From Octopus vulgaris (lineage: Eukaryota): 64,000 nucleotides of DNA. Below are positions 13,000 through 28,620 of this stretch, in pieces. The translations under genes and the position numbers were made by a program. Below the pieces are notes generated by a model that was not told where the DNA came from, ran no database searches, and saw nothing but the letters and a program-made list of their open reading frames with translations. The stretch is taken from assembly GCA_951406725.2 (NCBI GenBank), contig OX597825.1, positions 89,032,001 through 89,096,000 on the forward strand, written 5' to 3'. Within the stretch, counting starts at the first letter, position 1. Each line of letters starts with the position of its first letter.

Positions 13000-13692
13000 A
13001 GATCATTAAGTTACTGTCTCCTATATCTTTAGTATCTATTCTACTGATAACAGAATGTACTTTACTAGTCATTTCTAGCAGCTTGCTTCTATGGGGGAAT
13101 TTTAATGCCAGAAATCTTTTTCTTACTTCTTTACTCATTACTTCCCGCAACATATCTAAAGTTTTTCGATCTTCCTCACTTAAATTGCTTAAGCCTTTGA
13201 TGCCAGTTGTCCCTTCCTTACTGGTTGCGCTATTGTTATTTTTTCATTTGGGTTCTTCTTTGTTGTTTTTGCTGTATCTTTTATATTGTTGTTAGTGATT
13301 CCCGTTGCCTAGTCTTTCTTTTCCAGTTCTCTTGTGATCTCTTCTATCTCCAATTCTGTCATCCACTTTCTTCTAATAACATTAACTTGATCAACTAATC
13401 TCTGCTCAATGACTTTAAACATATCTTTCTCTACGTAAAGTGTTAACATCCGTTTTCTTTAACCCCTTCTTTTAGCTTCACTTTCTAAGCAGCACTGTAT
13501 CACTATCCTGTTTTCTTCGGTGGTCCAATTCCTCATCCTTGCTCTGTTATCTGCTGATGCTGTATTAGGATGACAGTTGTGGTCAGTCTGCATCTTTACT
13601 GAACCACTGCCGAGGGAAAGGCCTTCCCTTAATCGTCCAGTTTCATTTTCACTGTTACAATCTGAGTTTCTTCGATTACTCCTGTCACTCAT
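13000..13692 (-). mobile_element. R4/Dong-like non-LTR retrotransposon, N-terminal fragment
   Basis: RMRNWTTEENRIVIQCCLESEAKRRG matches the WTxEEN..C..S...RG N-terminal motif. Frame is disrupted downstream. Confidence 0.65.
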
Positions 13693-14126
13693 AAACTAAT
13701 GTAAGGTAACATTCGTATACATTGTCATCATTACTTTTATTTTTCGACATCTTTTTGTTCCTATTGTTGGGTAAATACAATACGAGATATTCTTGTATCT
13801 TGAGGGGTTGAATAGTAGTGTGTGTAAATCATAGATCATCAAATATTTCATAGTATTTATGATTGTCCGCCGTTCTTCCACCTTTTGGTTGAGTTTGTTA
13901 TGGATTTCGTTTTAACTGAGCAACACCAAGGGATATGTGTTGATATGTGTTGATTTAGTTCTAATTATAATTATTATTGGTGCATCAGCGAGAGACCGAG
14001 AAGATCTTGTATAAATATGGACGTATATTTAATTAAAATTTTACAGCTTTGCAGGTTTCGTATAAAAATGTTGACATTTTTACGCACATGCTCCTACAAT
14101 GGTTCATCTGGGGGGAAGCCGTTTTT

Positions 14127-14177
<51 letters not shown>

Positions 14178-14332
14178 TCCATATAAGCCAAATCCTTCAG
14201 TTTCCTGAGATGGTTTACATTTAGTCTTTGTTTTCTTTCATTGTTTTTGCAAATTCTTAATTTCTGCTTCATGATGGCTTCAGATTTGTTGTATCTTCCC
14301 AGCAACTCGCTTACACATGACTATGCTGTTAT

Positions 14333-15872
<1,540 letters not shown>

Positions 15873-15874
15873 AT

Positions 15875-16770
15875 TATTATTATTATTATTATGATTTCAA
15901 TTCCGTTCCCACTTCTTGCCGAGTGTCTTCCTGACACTTAGGGCAGAGAAATATATTGTATACACTGGTAGGCCATAAAAACAAGCACACCAGATTGTTC
16001 ATTTACAGAGTCATGTGATAGAGAAAAAAGGGGAAACAGAGAGAAAAAATAAAAAAAATAAAATAAAGAAGTAAATAAATAAAATAAAGGGCGAAAAAGA
16101 AAGAAAATTCCCAGCGACGATGCTCTTTTCAACACTTGTGACGTAGCAATTAAGACAATCATTTGCACTTCCTGCATGGATGGTAAGCCAGGGATCATTC
16201 TTAGATAATTTTCAGTTCTTTTTTCTGATCTTTCCCAGTGCTCCTACAATCACTGGTATTGTAACCGTCTTCAAATGCCACATCTTTTTGATTTCGATTA
16301 GGAAATCTTGATATCTTCTGCGCTTATCAAATTCTTCTTACCGAAATATTATGGTCACACGATATGCTCATGTCAATCAATAAATAAACTTTATTGTTTT
16401 TGTCTTTCACAACAATCGCTGGTTTATTTGCCTTGATGGTCCAGTCTGTACTTACTGGGAAGGCCCAGAGAATAGTTACATCTTCTCCCTCAGTTACAGC
16501 CTAGGATGGTGCATTTGTCAGCAGTTTTCATTTTATCTAATGTAGATACTGGCCAGCTCTGTCATATCTTGCTTTGTACACTACATGTGCTAAAACCCTA
16601 CATCCAGAGATTAGGTGATCCACTGTTTCAATCCCACCGTTGCAGTATCGGCACTTTGTGTCTACACACTTTTTCATCACACTGGCTTGATAGTTCCGGA
16701 TCAATAAGTTCTGAATTTGGGCAGCCAAGATAAAGCCTTCTCTCTTTGCCTTTAACCCTGAGTTCCATAG
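15875..16770 (-). mobile_element. R4/Dong-like LINE 3' fragment (CCHC + RLE) with (TAA)n tail
   Basis: AAQ..RNYQ..KCRYC..ETVDHLISGC, a PD-like RLE segment, IPVIVGALG and IPGLPSMQEVQ..LKR. Confidence 0.85.
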
Positions 16771-16887
16771 CCACTAATACGAATGCTTCTGGTTTGCATC
16801 AGCTTATTTGCTATAGGCCACACATTTGTCATGCAGAGGTTTTTGTTCCCTCCTATCGGCCAATTGTTCAAGCGCATTTTGCTTTGC

Positions 16888-17320
16888 TGGAGAAGACCGA
16901 CCAAGTAAAGGAACTGGGTATCTTGGTAGTTTCTTCCTTTTCGCCTTCGGCCCAATGCATCCGTGCTGCTAACAAAGCACGCGAAGTTCTGTTTTTGATT
17001 CGACGGTCATTCGGAATGCTTACGGCAGCCATATTCCTACCGCTCTATGTCACGCTGGTGAGACCCATATTGGAGTACGGGATTCAAGCCTCTTCTCCTT
17101 ATCTCCTCAAAGACATACATCATCTCGAAAGAGTCCAGAAGCTGGCTACCCGCATGGTTCTTGGTCTCAAGCATTTGTCTTATGAAGAAAGGCTGAAGAC
17201 GCTCTACCTTTATTCTCTCAAAAAACGACGACGCCGTGGTGATCTCATTCTTGCTCACAACATCATAAGCGGATGGTGTAACCTCTCGAAAGAGCTGTTC
17301 TTCATTCCTGCTCCAGCTTC
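16888..17320 (+). mobile_element. CR1/L2-clade LINE RT C-terminal fragment
   Basis: VKELGI..KA..L.LIRRSF..LYVTLVRPILEYG..LERVQKLATRMV.GLKHLSYEERLK.L.LYSLKKRRRRGDLI. Confidence 0.88.
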
Positions 17321-17874
17321 GTTTTTCTCTCACTCCCATTAAGTCCTCTCCTTCAAACACTCTTACGTGGAAACCAACTCGGGCGACCATCATCATTAGT
17401 TGTAGTAGTAGTAGTAGAAGTAGTAGTAGTAGTAGTTGTTGTTGTTGTTGTTGTAACTGTAGGCACCAATCTCATTTTCTCCATCAGAAAGTGTTTATTG
17501 TGAATGTCAATCTTTGGCCTTAAAAATGATTAATACAAGTTGGCCACTTACCATCATCATCTCTATCGTTCTGTTTTCAATATTTGCCCAAGGAGTTTGA
17601 AAAACATCAGAACATATTAAACTGTATACATACACACATATAGATACAGTTATACATACACACAAATATATATTTACAAATAGCCACACACACACACACA
17701 CATCACACATAAATAGAGGTATGCATAAATGTCAAGATGTTTATCGAGTGCAAGAAAAATTAAATATCTGATGCTTTTAAAGTAAAATATTTATATTCAT
17801 ATTTCGTTAGGGATGATTTCTGCGGAAATATTTGGCTTTTTTGTGATTTACGAAACATTACTAATACAATAATA

Positions 17875-17956
<82 letters not shown>

Positions 17957-18169
17957 ACACACACACTCACACTCACACATACGCATATATATATATTTAG
18001 AGAGAGAGAGTGTGAGAGAAAGACAGACAGGCAAACACATATACATGCACGTACATACTCATACATAACTCATACATATTCATAAATATATGCAAGCTTA
18101 CACACACACACATATATATAGTATATAATTATTATCATTATTGCTGTTGTTGTTGATATTACTTAGTTC

Positions 18170-19260
18170 CTGTGGGTAGTGGGTTACTCCTTGTAACCAC
18201 TATTTTTTAATGGACGTTCATGTACTTAAAATCTTCCTGATAACCTTCCCTGTCCCTAAAAGGCAGAATTTCTGTAGAAGCTCTTACAAGGCACTCTATT
18301 CTAATCCCCTTCAACCATTTGTGTAAACATTCACTCAGTTCCGACGCACCAATTATCGGCGGAACCTTTACGGTATCCATGCTCCAAATTCTTTCAATTT
18401 CAAATGTTAAGAGATTGTAATTTTTTAATCTTTCATTCTCTTTCTTTGCAATCCTGGAATCAAACAGACACGGTGGATCAATTAGTAAGCAATTTCGCTT
18501 TGCTTTATCTATTATTGTTGTGTCTGGTCAATTATTTTCTTTTTTTTTTTGAATAGGAAAATCTCGTTACAATTTGCTTTTCTCTCACTCTCGCACTCTC
18601 TCGATCCGATGATCACACCATGTACTTCCAGCTTCAAATCCCCACCCCTGACGTAACTTCCTGCGTATAACTTTCGCAACTTCCCCACTCCTCCATTTCT
18701 TATATACTTCCTGGGGTAACTTGGGACATCCTGCAACAATGTGTTCCACTGTCTCATTCCAAATACTAGAGAACCAACTTTATTCTGAAACCTTCTCCCC
18801 ATACACACATTTTCTCAAGTTTGATCTTGAGCAGGTAAAATAATGCTCTCTGTTTCCTTTTTTAATTGCCACTCTTTTTTAACTGACCCCAGAATTTTGT
18901 TCCACATACAGTTTTATGGGTTTTTCAAAACTGACCATGCAAAGGTGTCCCTTCAATTGGTTTAATATGCTTTCTTTGAATTTCCTCTTGTCCTTTTCTC
19001 CTACACCACACATCATAAACTGTTCTTTATTCACTGACTTTAGTAATACCTCGGTGCTGTTTTATAAATATTTTCTTAAGCCTTCCTCTCCATCTGCACG
19101 CACATTTAAACAGCAATTAAGCCTTCCACGTAGGTCGCTCTCCTAGCACAGCCGGTTTCGGCTTTCGGATGACGGACAGCTTTCTTATTATTTCAGTCAA
19201 GTTTCTGCATGATTTTGGTCGTCTAAAATTTCTATTCCATATCTTATTAACGGAATTGAT
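18170..19260 (-). mobile_element. Decayed R4/Dong-like LINE (RT end + RLE)
   Basis: Minus-strand remnants of the GRGL, ETESII.PAQDQ, CRxC..ET..H..SGC and IIGA motifs, with many frameshifts. Confidence 0.7.
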
Positions 19261-19289
19261 CTTGTAATAATAATAATAATTATTATATT

Positions 19290-19660
19290 ATTGTCTTGGC
19301 ACAGCTTCTAACGCTGGTGATGTACCATGATGTCAGCTGTTCACTACAAGTATTCGGGTGGTTCGCAGCAGCGCTGCTTCTTGCAAGTGCTCCACCTTTA
19401 TTGCAGCCGCTATTTGTTCCTTTATTTCTCAAGGTTTTTATTTACTGTCCCCAGGGATCCAGCAATTATTGTTACCATTCCCACCTTTTTACACCGACCA
19501 CAACGGCTTAAAAATCTAAGCTAACTTGTGATATCTATCAACTTTTCTTTCGTCTTTATCGTATATCTTGTCAGCTGGGCATATTATATCTATGTTCCAG
19601 CATCATTTGATTTCTTTCTCAATTAAGACTATGTCTGGTTTCGTATTCTCTATCTCATTA
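19290..19660 (-). mobile_element. RLE-domain 3' fragment of R4/Dong-like LINE
   Basis: EIENTKPDIVLIEKE..IDIICPAD..KVDRY..IIAGSLGTV. TAA-type repeats on both sides. Confidence 0.7.
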
Positions 19661-19666
19661 CTATTA

Positions 19667-19719
<53 letters not shown>

Positions 19720-19761
19720 CATTATTATTATTATTATTATTATTATTGCTATTATTATTAA

Positions 19762-19811
<50 letters not shown>

Positions 19812-19829
19812 GTATTAGTAGTAGTAGTT

Positions 19830-20045
19830 TTAATTTTATAACGTGCTTTCACTTCACTACCGAGTGCAGCTCTGTGTGCCTTGGGTATGAGCTGTGGTTT
19901 GCTGTGATGCTCTTATGGTTATTGTATTGAAAGTGTTTAAAGTAGGGTGTGTGCAGTGCCCAGTAGTGCAATTTTCTGTATTTTATATATCTTTGTAAGT
20001 CCTAGTGTTTTCGTTATGTATTTGCCTGGGTTTTATGCCTACTTC
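19830..20045 (-). mobile_element. Extreme 3' end of another R4/Dong-like LINE
   Basis: KYITKTLGLTKIYKIQKIALLGTAHTL, then a 3' UTR and a (CTA)n/(TAA)n tail at 19664-19827. Confidence 0.7.
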
Positions 20046-20059
20046 CTCTATACATCTGT

Positions 20060-21715
20060 TCAGACATTTAGGGATAGTTCCCAAATGCACCTTTAACTAA
20101 TGGGATACATTTTACCCGCACTTTCCATAGTTTCAATAATTCAATAGGTAGGTCCTGGTACTTTGCTATTTTTTCCATACTTAAATTAATTTCTTCATCA
20201 TTTGGGACTGTAAAGTCATTTTTCTGGCACTTTCGATTCTCTATATCTACTACTACTAAATCAGGCCTTCTAGCTTCTATTACTCTGTCAGTCTGAATGT
20301 TAAAGTCCCACAACATTTTATATTTCTTACTTTCTAGTACTCTACTAGTTTCGTGTTCGTACCATATAACAGTATGATCTAATCCTAACTTTCCGCATAA
20401 CTGCCAACAGATCACTCTCCTTATGTTGTCATGCCTTGTTTTGTATTCTTTCTGAGCCAGAATGCTGCATTCACTCACTCTAGGAGTAACACTTTCCTCT
20501 TTTGTTTTGCATAACCCTCACAGGGAATCTGTTTGGTCTTTGTCTATCTTGGTCTTTATCCAATTAGTCGGCAACGTTTTATCTTGGGCTGCTGCTAACA
20601 AACTTTTAGTCAACCTATTCAGCCTTCCTTTCTGCAACCATAACCGTATCTCACTACAACTATTTGCTGAAACTATATTTAGGAATCTACCATACAAAGC
20701 GTTCTCCTGCCAGTGAGATAAATTTTGTTATTTTTTCTGGTTTCTCTCTTATATCTTTGCTGTAGAGTCGTACAGTTTGCATTAAGGAATCTACCTCTTT
20801 TTCATTCTTACTAAAAAGCTTCAGATCATCTATGTAGAGCAAATGGGTAATTATCCTCTTACTATTTCTGAACTACAACCCTGCATTTGCTTTCCTTAAT
20901 ACCAAACCGAGTGGGATCAAACACAAGACAAATATGAAAGAGAAGAACCAGTGCCCTGGAAAATTCTTATTTTGATATTAACTTTCCCTAAGAGTGTCAT
21001 CTGAGTGGAGATCTAGTTACCAATTCTTCATGCTAAAGCTAATTAATTCTCTTGTGTTGTCTGCTATACTGCATATATACAAACATTCACTTATCCATGA
21101 GTGTGGGATCATGTCATAGGCTTTCCTATAATCTATCCATGCTATTGTTAGATTTTTCTTTCTAGCTTTACTTCATTTAGAACTGCTTTGACTGTATGTA
21201 ATAGATCATACGCTCCTCTAGCCTTCTTCCTACGACCTTTCTGTTCATCTGGAAGTAAATTCTGGTTGTCAAGGTGTTGGTAAATGCTGTCTGAAAGCAT
21301 TCCTGTTAACAGCTTCTACACAAATGGTAAGCAAGTGATTGATTTATAATTGCTAGCTGTATTATCCTTACCTTTTATCTTTCATAAGGAGTATTTCGTC
21401 CCCCTAATCATCGAATCTGGTATTATTCCTCCATTAAAGCATTATTGAAGTAGTCCCTTCAAACCTCCCATGTAAACTACTAAATTTCTTTAGCCAGTAT
21501 CCTTGAACTGATCTGATCCCGGGCCCTTCAAACTCGGCATTTTCCTATACTCATTAAAGCACTAGTTAGTCTTAGATCTGGTTGCTTCTCACTCACTACT
21601 TTTTCCCTCACTTTCTTTAACCATAGTGTTTCTCCATTATGATTGACTGGCTTATCACGAATATTACTTCAGCACTTTCTAGCATCTTCTGTATTAAGTA
21701 TCTCATCATCAGTAC
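20060..21715 (-). mobile_element. R4/Dong-like LINE, decayed RT + CCHC + RLE
   Basis: NYKSITCLP, AWIDYRKAYDMIPHSWI, IFQG, HLLYIDDLKLF, ECSILAQKEYKTRHD, LWDFNIQTDRVIEARRPDLVV. Confidence 0.9.
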
Positions 21716-22963
21716 ACGCACAGGAACACACACACACACACAAAACCAACACACCACATGATGCGAAAGTCAGTATCCTACACCGTTTATGATTTATGGA
21801 CTCAGAGTACGGTAGTAGAACTTTACAGTCAGTCTGTGAGATGACTCAAATATTTTCAGCGATGCAGAGTCAGTAAAATAAAAAGACAGTAAAGGAATAG
21901 TTGGCAGTGTTCAACCAGGCGATGGAATACCTTGAGCCACCAATGAATATCAGCGGTCTTTTGAATGGTGTTGCTCACGGTTTGCTTTCACAAAATTTAA
22001 CTCTGGAACCTTGGACGACTGGATGGTTAAGTCATTTGGGACGTGGATCTTATGACCAGGTTATGGCGAAGTAAACGAAACAGCGATGCTTCGGCTCAAG
22101 CCATAAACAATAAATATATTTTTGTATTTCTGTGCATAAAATATATGTATGCATATATTAATATATAGTGAAGTACCTTTTCGAATGTTCATCATACACA
22201 CATGCATCTATTCAGTCGTAATATATTGATAAAAGCGAATTTATTCAATATATACTTCTTTGATCATCGACTTCTATTCATTCCTTTGTAGTTTCTCAAA
22301 GACTGTGCTTTAAGTAAAAATCCACTATCAACAAATCAGAATATTTGATTTAACGTACGTGCCGTAGAATTGCTGACAATATTTGCCTCATTATTGAAAT
22401 CGGTGAAAAAAGATGTTTCAGTGTTTATTGGCAATGGCCAGCAGAGTTACAAAGTAGTTTCTCTTCTTTTTTAATACTAATGTACTTTTATAGTGAATGA
22501 AAATAGCAATCTCAATACAATCTCGATATCTCGCTGCATCATTGAAACACATAAATCGTCGCTGACTTTTCATTTTAGATCTTTCGAAATAAAAGATTTC
22601 AATTCATTTTTTATTCATCAGATTATCGTTATTGTTCATTGCTATTAGAATTCATCTGTTTTATGGAGAAAATAAGAAATGCAGTACTTTTACTAAATTT
22701 ACAATTTGTATAAAAATCCGATAAGTTAAATAAATGGAAAAAATTAATTATGTGGGTCATAATGAATTTATGTTCTTTTGTGTAATCTGGACGATAAATA
22801 CAATACATCAACCTGAATGATAGTATTACATTTAAAAGTGAAGGGATGATAGATACGGAATTAACCTTGTTTGTCTGTAAGGATTTGTTAATTTACACTA
22901 ATCTTTAAATATGTTTGGATCGATGTCGGCTTCATCTTTGCGAATCAAGATATCAATGACTTA

Positions 22964-23720
22964 CAAGATGCATTCCAGAAGATTTTAGAATTTTTCAGGA
23001 GAGACATTTATTAAAGAGGTAAAACTAATTTCCTTCAAGCTAGGATCTTTTCACTTTAATGCTCCAGTCACTTCCGTCAAAAAACGGGAATGACTATGAG
23101 CTTACGGGTGGAATTGCTTTACCTGACCGTGTTGGATCTGGGAGAGCTAGGGTGCTCCCATTGGGTACTCTTCGTTTCTAGAAGATAACAGTAGGTTCGC
23201 TTTCGTCACAGTCCACCAGTGACTCACGCACTGAAGGTAATCAGCTCATCCATTGCTCTGCTGTCACAGGTGAGTCTTTCCTTCCGTTTCTCACTGAGCA
23301 CACTGGGAACAAATTTTCCACAAATATTCTGCACGTTTGGATCATCTCGAATAATTTTGTGTATCGTTACCACACCGGCTCCAAACATTGTTTTTATTTT
23401 CTAGAGCACTCAAATGTCTTCAAGACAATTGCGATTATTCTCAACCAACTCTGATGTTGTAGCGTACATTTCGTCGTCTCTTATAGCCTCGCTACTGTCC
23501 TTGAAACTCTTGTGCCAGCGAAAAGCAGACGTTAACCCATGAGCAGTCGGGATCATTTCATAGGATTCTGTAGCATATTTGTTTAGTTTAATACGAAAAC
23601 ATTTTACTGCATAGCGAGCTTCTCAATTGTCTTCACGACCTGACTGCATTCAGTAAACTAGTCTACAGGCCATGATTAGTAGGGTATCTTCAAAGTACTG
23701 TTAAGCCATGCCATTCAGTT
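22964..23720 (-). mobile_element. Internally deleted mariner-type DNA transposon
   Basis: Minus-strand remnants RYAVK, FRWHKSFKD, IHKII and KFVPSVL. The end ta|caagatgcattccagaag matches the reverse end at 57330-57349. Right boundary approximate. Confidence 0.7.
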
Positions 23721-23849
23721 TAGAATAGAAGATGTTGACAGGTCGGTTTATTTGATGTATAGTAATTATAGGATATTGTCATAATACCCTTAGATTATTT
23801 TTACATTATTTACATTTGGCGGATATTTGTCCTCATCATGTTTGTTGCT

Positions 23850-23895
23850 AACACAACGTTTCGACTGATATACCCTCCAGCTTTCTTCAGGTGTC
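23850..23895 (-). ncRNA. Type I hammerhead ribozyme motif in solo pLTR
   Basis: Minus strand reads GACAC-CTGAAGA-A-AGCTG(gagggtatat)CAGTC-GAAA-CG-TT-GTGTT. Canonical core, 5-bp stem I, one mismatch at the base of stem II. Confidence 0.75.
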
Positions 23896-24011
23896 TTGGG
23901 GAGATTTCGAACCTGGATTCTCATTCCTAAGGTATTTTTCAATGTTATTATTATTATCATTTAGGTCACTGCTTGGATAAGATTCCGAGTTCGATTCCAG
24001 GCAGTGACATG

Positions 24012-24039
24012 AATAATAATAATAATAACAACAACAATG

Positions 24040-24125
<86 letters not shown>

Positions 24126-24137
24126 GCTGCAGCTACT

Positions 24138-24171
<34 letters not shown>

Positions 24172-24244
24172 GCTACTGCTGCTGCTGCTGCTACTAATAC
24201 TGCTGCTGTTGCTGCTACTACTATTGCTACCACCGCTGCTGCTG

Positions 24245-24303
<59 letters not shown>

Positions 24304-24420
24304 GCTACTGCTGCTGCTGCTGTTGCCACCGCCATTACTATTGTTATTATCACTGCCGCTGCTACTGCTGATATTGATATTGCTGCTGCTACTACAACTA
24401 CTGGTGCTGTTGCTGCTAAT
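24012..24420. repeat. Compound trinucleotide microsatellite (AAT)n-(TAC)n-(TGC)n
   Basis: Direct inspection. Explains the poly-N/I/T/A/S/V ORFs. Confidence 0.95.
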
Positions 24421-24429
24421 GAGGATAAA

Positions 24430-25430
24430 TGAGACACTTGTATGAAGATTAGTGATTAATAATAATTTAACTTTACTTGAAAAGAAAATTTCAAACAGTA
24501 CACCGAATCGCTTGTCCAACGGTTATTCAGGAAGCGCGCCGTCAGGAGGCTGCAAGCCTGATGGCGAAAAATTTTCAAATGGCAGAATATCTTCCCCGAA
24601 TACGAACTTGGAAGGTCACTTAAACGGGATTTGTCCCAAATTAAGCCCACGAAGTTCACCTCCACAACGACCAGAAAATCAAAAAATGTAAAAGAACTAA
24701 ATGGAACCAGGAAGAATATTAAGAAGTAATATATGCTTATTACTTTGCATTAAGTAGGCCAACCCAAGAGAAACACACCACAAACTCCTACAGAATTTGG
24801 AGTAGCTGGAATCCAGCTAGCAGTCCAAACCTGGATGAAAACAGATTAGCAAATGTTAGAAGAGAAATACCAGACTTACAGATGCAGAATTAACCTCTAT
24901 TTTAAGAAAGGAAAATTGGTAAAGTCAAGTTCAATCGAATTAGATGTCGAAACAGTAGTAAAGGAACTTGAGCAGGAACAAACCTATAAATACCTAGGAA
25001 TAAATGAGGGCTCTGGTATCCAGCATGCACGCTAGAAAGAGAAGGTTAAGAAGAAATGTTATATAAGTGTTCGAGCAGTCCTGAAGTCAGAGCTGAATGC
25101 ATATAATAAGGTGTTAGCCATAAATTCCTTAGCAGTACCAGTTGTTCATTATAGCTCCAATGTGCTTAACTGGAATACCAGTGAAATAATGCAAATTGAC
25201 AGAAAAATCCGCAAGCTGCTGACTTGTAGTGAGATACACCATCCAAAGGCAGACGTGGATCGTCTTTATCTTCCCAGAGCTTAGGAAGGTCGAGGTTTGA
25301 TCCAGCTTGGACTTACATACAAAACCATCACAATCGGACTGGCCAAATACCTTGAAGCAACCAACGATTGGATGCTAAGCCTTGTTGAAAAACATGAAAG
25401 ACAGAAAAACTTCACTCTAATAAAAGTAAT
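24430..25430 (+). mobile_element. Internally deleted R4/Dong-like LINE (N-terminus fused to RT C-terminus)
   Basis: RTKWNQEEY*EVIYAYY..YRIW..NP..DENRLAN at ~24690-24855, joined to YKYLGI..LKSELNAYNK..AINSLAVPV..IDRKIRKLL..HHPKADVDRLYLPR..GRGL. Confidence 0.82.
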
Positions 25431-25435
25431 AATAA

Positions 25436-25488
25436 AACGTGATATGTGAACCGTGATAGCTGAACCGCGATATGGCGAGGGATTACTG
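25436..25488. mobile_element. Solo pogo/Tigger-like terminal inverted repeat
   Basis: Reverse strand reads TA|CAGTAATCCCTCGCCATATCGCGGTTC with a repeated subterminal tgaaccgYgata motif. Confidence 0.6.
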
Positions 25489-26637
25489 TACTGTTATTTC
25501 AGAACACAACTAAAAAAAAGAACCTGAAAAGAAAACAGGATACAAGTGCATTGCTAAGAAAAAAGCTTCTTATTATCAGGCAGTGATACATCAGTGCAAG
25601 GCTTGGCATCTTCTGTGCACATTCTTTGCTTGTTTATTACTGATCCTTCAACTTAGATTTCCATGTGAAGGACTATGAATTAAGACTATGAATTTACTAA
25701 ATTAAAGTTGACTATTTGCTAAATTAAAGTTGACTATTTGTTAAATTACTGAACTTACCCTTGAAGTCAAGAAAGTGATCCTTTAGACTTTAAATGTAAA
25801 TTTTCGATAAATATTTATAAAGATTTGCTTCTCTCTTCGACATTTATTTTTGAAATAAAGGCTTGTGGTACTTTTTCTATTTTACCATGAGTGCCTCGAT
25901 TCTTAATCTTCTATAAGCCTGCAAGCTTGTTTAAAAGAAGTCTGAAATATCTACATGCGACAGTTATGTTCGTTGAGCGAAATATCAGCCTACACTTCAA
26001 TTTCGAAATTAAACTTTGAAATAAAAGGGAATAAAGAACGGAATGTTTAGCACCATGGAAAGTAATATTTCATTACCGTAAGGGGTAAATCGTTGGGGAT
26101 CATAGGGGCACTCACCCGAGACTCGGAATAAGTTTCCATCGAGATGGATGAAGATGAAAGAACTCCTGAAGGAAGTTATTCCTTACATTACCGAAGCCCC
26201 AGATAGGTGATATGATTATACATATATAAATGACAATGTGTGTGTATGCGTGTGTTTGTGTGTGTGCGTGCATGCGTTTGTGTCTGTGTTTGTGTGTGTG
26301 TGTGTTTGTGTGTGTGCGTACGTTCGTGTGTGTGTGTGTGCGTGTGTGTGTGTGAGGGTGTGCATGTACGTCACCAATGCTTTCGTACCTTCAGTGAAGG
26401 TGAAAAACCAACACATGGTAAAATAGATTTTAAAATATATTTTCGAACGATAATAAAAAGAAATGAATATATTATATACAACAGTTATGACTAGTTAGCT
26501 TTGGAAGATATTTTGCAGATTATCACCGACAACGTCACCTATTTGCCCACGTAGTCAGCATTGGTATTCCCTTGTATCGCTCTTGTAAATACTTCTGCTA
26601 CCACTTCTACTTACGTACTTGTTATTACTGCTATTAT

Positions 26638-26679
<42 letters not shown>

Positions 26680-26743
26680 ATAATAATAATATCATACACA
26701 CACACACATATATAATTATATATATATATATATATATGAGGGT

Positions 26744-26980
26744 TGTGCTTCTATCTGATAGAATTCTAATAAGTGTAATAGAATACACACAGATGCATAT
26801 ACAGCATATTGTAATGTGCATATCACACTGGATACATACATACATACATACATACATACATACATACATACATACACACACACTTATCCAGTATGATATG
26901 CACATTACTACAATATGCTGTATATGCATATGTCTGCATATTTTATTATACTTATTAGATTTCTATCAGATACAAGCACA
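26744..26980. repeat. Imperfect inverted repeat (~90-bp arms) around a (CATA)n spacer
   Basis: Arms at 26744-26834 and 26885-26980. Confidence 0.88.
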
Positions 26981-27943
26981 CACACACACACAGATAGAAA
27001 GAAAGAGAGAAAAAGAAAAAAGATAGAAAAAGAAAGAGGGATGCAGATGTATGGATTATATATTTGTCTTGGGAGATTTTACAATTATATATGTATATAT
27101 GTATGCAATTTACACGCCTACACGATGGTATCCCAAAGCACAAATAAATTATATTTACTGACATTCGACTGCGTGTATTAAAGAAATATTCAATTCTGTC
27201 TATACACGTTCTACGTATTCGCCTCTATGCACAAATATGGAAGTTGTGTGTGTGCTCACAGACACCCACATAGGAATCGTAGTATAGATACGCACCTGTT
27301 TTGGAAGCTGATATCTGTGTCTGCAATGGTGTACACGTGGTCGTGAATTACGTCATAGATTAGAGCAATAGATTCTGAGAAGACTTATACAAGAATCCAT
27401 AAAATGATTTCTATATATTTATGTGTAGGAAGTGATAAAAAAATATGAGCGTTGGCTTGTATAGTGCTGAGTCGTTGAATACTCAGGGAATGAGAACATT
27501 GTTAGCTTCGCGTTGTTTCAGAGGAGCAATATTATAGGTTAAAAAAAAAGCAACTAAATATGATTTGGTATTTCAAATTATATTAAACACTTCGCTGCTT
27601 CATATTAAATCTTTGCAAACAATCATTACTGTTTTTTGTTGTTGTTGTTGTTCTTTACATAGAAATGACAATTTCGATATAAATGATGAGGAGAAAGTTT
27701 AAGAAATGATTATCTTTTCTCCAGTCACATAGAAACTCAGAGTAGTTGAGGATGCCTGTATATTGAATATAATGTATATAGTGTTACTTTGCATAATGTA
27801 CATAATGAAATATCGGATAATAAACGCATTATGAATTGAAAATGTGGTTTACTATACGTATTTCTTTGCATATATACAGACAGGCATGCATATGCAGATA
27901 TCCACAAAACATTTATATTCACTCTGTATCACATATGCTTACA

Positions 27944-28016
<73 letters not shown>

Positions 28017-28083
28017 GCCTGTCTGTCTCTCTGTCTGTCTATCTATCTATCTATTCATCTATTTATCTATCAACTTATCTATT

Positions 28084-28140
<57 letters not shown>

Positions 28141-28572
28141 TGTGTGTGACGTGTATGTGAGCACGCACGTGTGTATTGGCTGATGATCCGTGCTTGATCA
28201 TGGCCGTTACTGGTCATTATGTTATTCATACACATGTCTGTAAATATGTAATTAATAAAATCTCATGACTTTCAAAAACGTTAAGAGTTCTACCCTTACA
28301 CCTTCCTTCTTATGCTCTCAAACCTTAGCTGTCAATCTTTCCTCCATGATGAGCGATACCAGATTTACGGTAATGTTTATATATTCTTCGAATCGGCACA
28401 CTCTGTCAACATTCCAACTATTATGTAATTGCGAGCACCCAGAGCAGCCGCCGCCGGGCCTGAAATATCATGCTCTCCCCCTCAGCTTTCTGCGTCTTTT
28501 CTACTCCACGCAAATCTTTTCTGTAACTATTTAAATACTTCTATGTTTATATGCATTTTTTGTTTCTATCTC

Positions 28573-28620
<48 letters not shown>

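Noticed and set aside
16746-17342. 198-aa ORF as a host gene
   Set aside because: It is a chimera: the first ~47 aa read through antisense LINE or flanking DNA, and the rest is a CR1-like RT C-terminus.
21900-22075. 57-codon open frame (LAVFNQAMEYLEPP...)
   Set aside because: Weak splice signals and no recognisable homology.
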